Below are positions 52,301 to 61,300 of a stretch of DNA of 64,000 nt, piece by piece (the stretch's first letter is position 1; every line of letters starts with the position of its first letter). The notes beneath the pieces are model-generated. The model was not told the origin of the DNA. It was given only the letters and a program-made list of their open reading frames with translations, and did not search any database. The translations under genes were made by a program, and so were the position numbers. This DNA comes from an uncultured Desulfobacterales bacterium (GTDB lineage: Bacteria > Desulfobacterota > Desulfobacteria > Desulfobacterales > JBDRRP01), in assembly GCA_964446485.1 (NCBI GenBank), contig CAYUOU010000007.1:7826-71825 (forward strand). Reading direction: 5' to 3'.

Positions 52301-55300
52301 TGTACTGGCGCCGCTCTTGATCTTTACCAAGACGAGGTCGCCGTTGTAGCTCGCGGTTTCAGATCCTGCCGCCGCCACGGAGCCGTCATCGATAAAGGCG
52401 ATTGTTTTGCCGGTGCCACTTGGACCGGTGCTATTGGCTGTGATGGTAATTTGTGCCCCGCTTGCATCTGCGTAAACAGCGGAAGCCGGGTCTCCTGCAC
52501 TGCCGCCGCTGGTGGTCGCCGTAATGAAAGCGATGGTGCCATCGCCGGCGCCGTCGCCGCTGTTGACGCTGGCGTCAAAGAGCAGGGTGGTTTCGCTGGC
52601 ATCTTGCACAGCGTCGATAGCGCTGATGACGTCGCTGCGTGTCGTGGCGGACAGGTGTTTCAGGGTAATGACAAGCACCTTCGAGGATTCGTTGTAGTCG
52701 GCCTCAGCGTCGCTGGAAATGGATGGATCATATTGGAACCTGAACGAAACGCCGTTGTACTCGGTGCCGCTGATCCGTGCGGTGATGTCGATGTCGTTGT
52801 TATTGCCCATGGGCGACAGCGTGTAGGCGGCTGCCCCGCCGCCGCTGCCGCCGCTCACCTGGGGAGCGGTGTTGATCGTGCCGGTGCCGTTGTTGGTGCC
52901 GTTGATTTCCCCAGACGTTACCAGCTCGGCCGTGAAGCCGGCGAGGTCCGTGTTGATTTCGCTGACGACGGCATTGGCGGTGGTGAGCCCGTTGTGAATT
53001 GAGATCGTCAGTGTCTTGCTGGTGGCGTCAAAACTGGCGTTGGCCGTAACGGCATCCAGGCTGCCATCGTGCTCGAAGGTGATTGTCACGGAAGCGAAGT
53101 CATCCGCGGATGACGTCGCCTCGATGCGTATGTCGTTGTTATCGCCGGACGGTCGCAGAATGGCGAAGGGGTTCGACCCGATGAGCTTCCACAGTTCGGT
53201 GCCGCCGCTGGCCGTTGTTGCCGAGAAGTAAAGCTCGTTGTGACCGCCGCTGGTCCAGGCTTTGAAATTGGAGGGCGAGGCGCTGGCCGAACCGGGGTTG
53301 AGGTCTCTGACCTCGAAGGTGTTGGCCGCCAGCCCCCGTGACTGCCACAATTCAACACCGTTGGCGCCTTCGGCTGTGAAATAGAGTTTGTTGTTGAAGA
53401 CGGTGAGGTTGGCCGGATAGGCGTCCCGGTTATCCCCCGTGATGTCGGTAACCTGTACGGTTTCGGCAAGCGGATTATTGACCGAGAGTCCGTTGGTCTT
53501 CCACAACTCGATGCCGTTGGTGCCATCAGTGGCGGTCACGTACATGGTACCGACGTCGAAAACGACAATCTCGGGTGCGTAGAGGGCATTGGGTATGGGG
53601 AACGCGTCCCCTGCCCCGGCGTTGATGTCGGTGACACGGCTTACCAGGGTGCCGTCGCTGCGCCACAGCTCTCTGCCGCTGACGCCGTCGTCGGCGATGA
53701 AGTAGATCACGTCGTCGCCGGCACCGTTCTTATCGTTCCAGACGGTGAGGGCAAACGGATCCCGCAGCCGGTTGCCGCCAACTGTCGAGCGCACCACCGT
53801 CGTGTCGGTGCCGTCGCTCATCCACAGCACCTGACCGGTGCCGTCGCTGGCGCTAAAGAAAAGGTAGTCGTCTCCACCGTTGGTGATCACGGTGAGCTGG
53901 GACGGTTCCGGTATGGCCACGTTGGCCCCGATGGGACGGGTGCTGCTGGGGAGGCCGTCGGTGGTGGTCCAGAGCGATGGCAGCCCATTGAAGTCCGCGA
54001 CGAAGAACAAGGTGTCGTCCACCGCAGTGAGGTCGCCCACATCCACCAGGGCGTGGGGGCTGCCATCCAGATCCAGGCCGGATGCCACCTGCAGGGTCGT
54101 CAAGTCTGTCCCGAAGCTGACCCACAGTTGGCTGCCGCCGGTGTCGTCGACGACGAAGAAAAGGCGATCCACAAGGGCCGTCAGTTCCACACCGAGGGCC
54201 GGCAGTTCTGTGACGAATTCGGTGCCGGCCGCCGACCCGTCGCTCTTCCAGAGCTGGTAACCGGTATTGGTTAGGGTGGAACCGTCGGGAATGCCCGCCG
54301 GCACGTCCTTTAGGGTCAGGTAAAGTACGCCTGACACCGGGGTCATTTCCACCGGAGTCCCCACCACCCCCGCGACATTCGTGGTGCCCGCGCCGGTGCC
54401 GTTGCTTCTCCACAAATCGTAACTGCCGTCGTCGTTGCTGACGACGAAGTACACGTCGCGCCCCAGCACAGTGAGCAGTGAAATGTTTTCCGGCAGGGTG
54501 ATGTCCGTCTCCACCAGACTGGACAGGGCAAGCAGCACGCTGGCAAGATGCTGGGGGTCATCGAGGTGATCCAGGTACCTGGCCAGATCGAACTCCATGA
54601 TGGCCTGGTGGGTGGTGTCGACGGTCAGGTCGTCACCCACCTGCTCCACCCGGCCGTCCGATGTGATGACACCGTCCACCGCACCGATCAAAATGGTGGT
54701 TGCCGGCTGGGATACCGGAGACAGGCGGATGTAATTGCCGGCCACGCCGTCCCCGAGGGTCGTGAACCGGTACCATCGCTCTGATGCGCCCAGCGGCAGG
54801 GTGTATCGATCGTCGTCGAGGACGCCGTCCTGCTCGAAGTCGGGGTCGGCAAAAGTGTCGGGCTGCCCGGTGCCGGTGTCCACGAGGAAGTCACCGCTGC
54901 CCGTGATGGTACGGTTGGCGATGACGTCGTAGCCGGAGGTGGGCATGGTCGCGCGGCGGCTGGTCCCGTAGACGATGTAAACCCGGCCGGCATCTTCTTT
55001 GATACCGCCCACGAATCCGTCGGCGGCTGCCGCACCTACCATCAGATCATCGATGCGGTCGCTGTTTACGTCGAGGCCCGGAGCAGCGGAAAGCGTGCCC
55101 AGGGCGTCGAATTCGTTTTCACCCTCGAAAGTCACATCCGCATCGGCCAGGGCGATGACACGACCGTGATTTTCCGTGAGGGAGTAGAACAGGAACGCGC
55201 CGCCGCGATCGTTTCGCTCCAGGATGGCGTCGTCTTCCGGTGCGGCCGATTGGCTCAGGGTCTGGATGACACCGGTTCGACCCACAACGAGATCCTGCTC

Positions 55301-58300
55301 CCCGTCGCCGTTGAAGTCGCCGCCCGTGGCAGTGAGTGACGACACCAGTGAAATGGCGCCCAGTTCGTCGATGCCGGCCTGCTGGATGACGATGTCGGCG
55401 GCGCTGATGGCGGTCCTTGTCGCGACCTGGATGCCGGTAGGCGTATAGTCGGCCCCGCCAAAGAAGATCAGCAGCGCGCCGGAAGCGTCTCCACCGTCTT
55501 CCCGAGTGCGGCTCACGGCAAAATCGTCGTAGCCGTCACCATTCAAATCCCCTGCGGCACTCACGGCACCACCCAAAGAAGTGTCCGAGAACCGACCCGT
55601 GGCGTCTCGTTCGAGCTGCAGGCCGGCTTCGTAGCCGAGGGTCACGGCAAACAGTTCAAGAAAAGCGATAATGCCGGCATCCGGGGACAGTTTGATCAGG
55701 TCCTTGACCGTCTTCGCCGTTGTTACGCCCTGGGCGACCTTTATGGTCAATGTCGTGCCGGATATCCCGAACGTGGCGTCATTCGTTGTCACGGTGCCGT
55801 CATCGACGAACCGGATGGTGTAGCTGAGGGCGCCGTTGTTCTTCGCATCGAATCGGAGGTTGTTGTCTTCACCGGCGAAATCGAAGACAGCGTTGGCTTT
55901 GGTCGTTGCCGTGCCGCCCTGGGTGGTGTCGATGGCTTCGGCCACGGTACCCAGGCCGTCGTTGAAATCGATGGGCCGCCCCGGAAGGAGGTAAGCCCGG
56001 CCGGTCTGAGGTGTTGTGGCGGTTTCTACAATGTCACTGCTCTGGAAGGCGGTGACGCTGAAGAGGAGGTCGTCCAGGCCGTCGCCGTTGACGTCGCCGG
56101 CCACCGTCGATTTCAGCGAATCGGCGGTTTCGGGCTTGAAGGAGAAGGTCAGCGCCCAGCTGTTGAGCTGTCCATTGTTACCGTCGTTGTCGTCGTCATG
56201 GATGACGAGCCGCCAGGTGCCGTTGGGGTCTTCCCAGTCAAAGTCGGCCAGCGACCCTTCGGGACGGAAAGTGCTGCTGAAGGGGGCGGCAGCCCCGGCA
56301 ATGGCCGTCAGGGCCTCGTCGTCCAGGATCGTGTTGATGGTTGCCGTGCCGAAATTGGCCCCGGCGCCGCCTACATCGCTGAACAACTCCACGCGGGTAC
56401 CGCTGGGGCTGTAAAGGTAGACGTCGAGGTCGGCATCCAACGGGTGGGTGATATTGAGGGTGACGTTGACGTCGGCCAGGCTGTCGGGCAGACCGGCCAC
56501 CACCATCTCGGAGACTGCCGGGTTGGTGTCGATGTCCAGCGACCAGCTGTTCAAGGTGCCGGCGTAATTGCCGGTGGTGTCCACGATCTTCAGCCGCCAG
56601 GTGCCGTTCATCTCGTAACCGCCGGTGGTCAAGGCGGAGGCCGTGGTAACCGTACCGGTCCCGTTGTTTCCGGCGGCGAGGTAGACGTCGAAGGGTTGGT
56701 CGGCAATGTCGCTCACGGCCTTCATCACCTGGGCAGCGGTGCTGCCGGTGGAGAAGGTCACGGTGAGCGTGCGGGTGATGCTGTTGTAGGCGGCGCTGGC
56801 ACCGCCGGTACCGCCGTTGACAAAATTGATGGCAATGCCGTTGTAGGCGTTGCCTGCATCACGGGCCACGAAAACGAGATCGTTGTCGCCACCGCTAGCA
56901 CCAAAATAAAAGTTGGCCGTGGCCGCCATTCCGTCGAAGAAGTTCAGGCTGTTGAACGGTGCATAGGTGCCGGTGCCTGTGTAGCCGGCAATGCCAGGGG
57001 CGCTCGCGTCGTCGTCCAGGGTGATGTTGACGAGGTCGGATTGCCCGCCGCCGATGCCGTCCACGATGCGCCGTTCACGCCCTGAGGGATCCACCAGGTA
57101 GATCTCGAGGTCGGCAACACGCGGGTGGTCGAGGTCGAGGGTGAGATCCACGTCCTTGATCTGACCAGCGAGTCCCGTAACGTCGATATCGGAGTAGTAC
57201 GGGGCGTCTGTCCGGAAATCGAGGGTCCAGTCGGTAACCTGGGCCACCTGTCCCGGATTGATCTTGTTGTCGGTGACAAGCAGCTTCCAGTCACCTATCG
57301 GGTTCTGCCCGTCGAAGGCGTTGAGGTTGCCAGCTGCGGCAAAAGTCCCGTTGAACGGGGCGCTGTAGTTGGCGATGTCCGCTGTCGCCGCGGCGTCGAA
57401 TTGGGTGTTGGTGAAATTGGACCCGTTCCGGTTGATCTGGTCGAACAGGGTGATCGTCGTGCCCGACGGGCTCTGAAGCTGAACCGTAAGATCGGAAATC
57501 CTCGGGTGCGTTATGTTCAGCGCCACGTCGACGTCGGTAATGTTGCCGCTGACGTCCCCGGGGCTGACGGTCTTGGTGTAGGTGGTCGTCCGGGCACTGG
57601 CAGTGTACTGGGTCGAAATGTCAAGCCGCCAGTTCTCCAGATATCCCTCGAAGCCGCGCAGCCTGTCGTAAATCTCCAGACGCCAGGTGCCGTTGGCCGG
57701 CTTGCCGTCAAAGGTGGACAGTGCCTGAATGGGTCTGAAACTTCCTGTAAAAGGCGCTGCCCCCCAGGTTACGGGTGTCGCCGCTTCGTCGTTGAAGAAG
57801 GTGTTGGTGAAATCGTCTCCAGACCCGCCAACCTGGCCGGCCAGCTTGATGCGCGTTCCATCGGGATGGACCAGATAGATGTCGATATCCCAATCCCAGG
57901 TGTGTTCGATGTTGAGATTGACATTGACATCGGTGATGACTTCGTCGGCGTGCCAGAAACTGGTGATGTTCTGGGTGGAAACCGCTGTCTGGTAGTCGCT
58001 GATGAACACCGCCGGGGTGCTGGTCCTGAACAGATTCTCCTGGGGCACGACACTGTAGCTGGCGTCGCCGGGTTTGATCCACTGGAGGACGGCCGTCGCA
58101 CCACCGCCGCGCTCATAGTACTCCATCTTGAGGGAGTACACCTGTCCCACGTTCAGCGTGAGATAGGGGCTGTAATCGTATGTGGGGGGGTGGTCCGTCC
58201 AGTTGTCGATCCGCAGAACGCCGTCTATCCAGACGCGTACCCCGTCGTCCGACAGCGTCCTGAATCGGTAAGTCCCGGACTCCCTCACCTGGATGTAGCC

Positions 58301-61300
58301 GGTCCATCTGGCCGACACATTGTCCGCCTGCCCTGAATTGCCCACATTTCCCCCGCCCCAGTAGAAATTGATGGTCGATGCAGTCTGGGTGGGGCCGGTT
58401 ATTATGAAATTCCCCCAATAGTATGCGTACAGGCCGTTTCCTGTGCCGGCGTGGGATCTGTAAAAATTGTCGCTCGCTGTGGCGATGTTGGCGTCGTTCA
58501 GGGTGCCCACGCCAACACCGTCGTCGACAACAACGGTGATCTTGTCCGGGAACGAAAGATCGGCGTTCGGTTCGATGAAATCGTCGTTGTTGGGGATCCG
58601 CAGCGACGGATCGTCTACCGAAACGGTGGTGGTGAACAGGGGCAGTTCCGCGGTGGCAGCGCCGATCTCGTAAACGTTGCTGCCGTTGACGGGATCTTTC
58701 AACACGCTGCCTGAGAAGATGAACCCGTAGTTGTTGAAGTCGTCGGGCAGCGAGGACACCGCCACCACGTCGTGGTGGGTCAGGCCCGAGACGGCATTGA
58801 TGGTGCCGATATACGGCATCACGAAAACCGAGGTTTCCATGGGCACGAACCGGGCGTCGTCCAAAACGATGAACCGGGTGTAGATGGGATCGAGGACGGC
58901 GGCGCTGACATCTCGCGGCAGGTCCCGACCGCCCAGAATGATGGTGATGACAGTCTTGCCCATGGTGTCGTCGTGGCGGACGAAGACCAGATCCGCAATC
59001 CCGTCGGCGTCTATGTCGCCCATGCTGTCGGCAGGCCGCCCCAGGCTCACGTCGTCGAAGATGAATTCGGCCGCGTTGGTCACTTCCCTGAGGCTACCGA
59101 TGTCCACTGGACCGAGGAAGACGTAGCTCTTGCCGGTGCCGCTCACCAGGATGTCGTCGGCGCCGTCGCCGTCGAAATCGCCGATGTTCAGGGCCGTGGT
59201 CAGCTGCTCGTCGGTGGCGCCGCCTTCCAGGGCAAAGGCGTCACGGACGTTCTGGGTGCCGGCAATGGTATCGGCAAGGTCGATGCCGGTGTACCCGCTG
59301 GACGTACCCGGAGAGAAGTACGGGGTGGCCATCGCGAAGGAATGCAGCCGGGGCGTGGCGCCGGTGGCAGTGCCGCCGGTTTCCGCCGGCTGGTAATCCT
59401 CGCGGTCGCTGCCGTAGTAAATGTGAATCTTCCGCCCCAAACGCTCGGCCAGGGCCAGATCGGCAAGCCCGTCGCCGTTGAGGTCGCCCACGGCGGTAAA
59501 GAAATTCAAGGAGGTGGTGTTCTCTGAAGCATCCAGATAAGTGGCGAAATCCGGCTCGAAGGCAAGTTGTGTGAACAGGTGGTCGGTGGCCGTCAACGTG
59601 TTTTCGCCAAAAATGACCTGACCCACCGAGTGAACGACCTGATTTCCGTTTTCGGCCAGTTTGGGGCTGGTTTCCAGCGCGATGGCGCCGATGTCGTCAA
59701 CACCCGCCGGTGCGCCGCTGCCGCTCGCACCGATGTCGCCGAGACCGATGATGAGCCGGCGGCTGGTGTCCACTAACGCGTCATCGAACACCATGGTACC
59801 CGGGGTCGCCGTACCGAAGAAGAGATAGGATCCGGCCGGCCCCGACAGAACGAAGTCGTCAAAGGTGTCGTTGTTGATGTCACCCACCGGCCGGAGCGCG
59901 GTGTCCGTCGCCTGCACGGATTCGCCAGCCAGAAAGCCCAGCAGTTTCAGGGTAAGGGCGTTGCCAGGGCTGCTGTCGATGCCCAGTTCGGCCACCGGGC
60001 TTGCCGTGTTGGAGGCCAGATACAATCGGTCGTTCTCGGTGCCGGCCTCGTCGATGATGCCCGCCTTCAGCCGCCCGGATAGCCCGGCAGCGGCAAGGGC
60101 GGTGTTCAGATCGGCTGCCAGGTGGGATAGCATCGTGTTGTCGTCGGTGCCGGTGACGGTCACCGTGACCCCGGTGGTACTGCCGTCCAGGTACAGAACG
60201 AATGATGGCGCAGCGCCGGCCTGGTTCGGCAGGATGTAGTCAGATACCGGCGGCGCGCGACCCATCAGCAGCGGCAGGCCCTCACCTGTCGGCGGGGTGA
60301 GGACTAGGTCGACACTGTTGTTGACGGCGGCGCCACCCAGGAAGATGTCGGTCCGACCGCTGAGCGGCACAAAAATCCCGACATCGTCGAACCCGTTACC
60401 GTCAATATCGCCAATGCCGACCATGGAGTCGGCGCCGGCAACGGTGAAGGCCACGTCGTTGTCGCTGACGTTGGGCTGGATGGTGACGGTGACGTCGTCC
60501 ACGTACCACCCTTCGTACTGGTTCTCCAGGTCGTCCACGCTGTCGAAGGTGAAACGGACCTTTATCAGTTTATTGAGATAGTCTCCGGGGATGCTGGCCT
60601 TGAAGCTCGCCCAGGCGTCCCCGGTGGGATCCAACAGGGCCTGTACGCCGGCCGCAGTGTAGTTGGCCGCCAGAAGCGACGCATCGTTGTTCACGTTGAA
60701 GGCATCGGCCGCGCCGTTTACGGTGGAAATCCACACCTGGGCCTTGTCGTAGTCGGGGGCCTGACCTTCGGTGTGGAGGAAGTAGTCGAAGGAAAGGAGC
60801 GCCGCCGTCACGCCGGTGAGATCGAAGACCGGTGAAGTAATATGCCCACCGGCATGTCCGACATCATAGCCGTCGCCGGCAGTCCTGCCGAAGTAAAAGC
60901 TGAAAAGATTCGCCGGGTCGTCGTTACGACTGGAAATGCCGCCGCTGGTGACGTCCGCATAGGTGGACACGGAAACGAAGCCAGTGTCCCCGCCGGAAGC
61001 GGAGAACTGTTCGGTGGCTTCGATGGCGGCCCTGACCACGCTGGAAGGCGTAACGCCGTTGATGATCCACACGGTGAGCACGCCGTCGGCGTAACTGGCC
61101 GTACCCAGCAACGGATCGCCGATAGTGGTTGCCTTCAATTCCACGTCCACGGCGTTGAACAGGTGCCCCGGCAGGGTGGCCGTAATCACGATGTCATCAG
61201 CCCCGCCCAGGGGAATGGTACCGGACGCGGCCACTGCCGCCCCGTGGACGTGCCAGAGGTTCACCGCTCCGGCGATGGGATCCACGGCAAAGCCGTCCGT

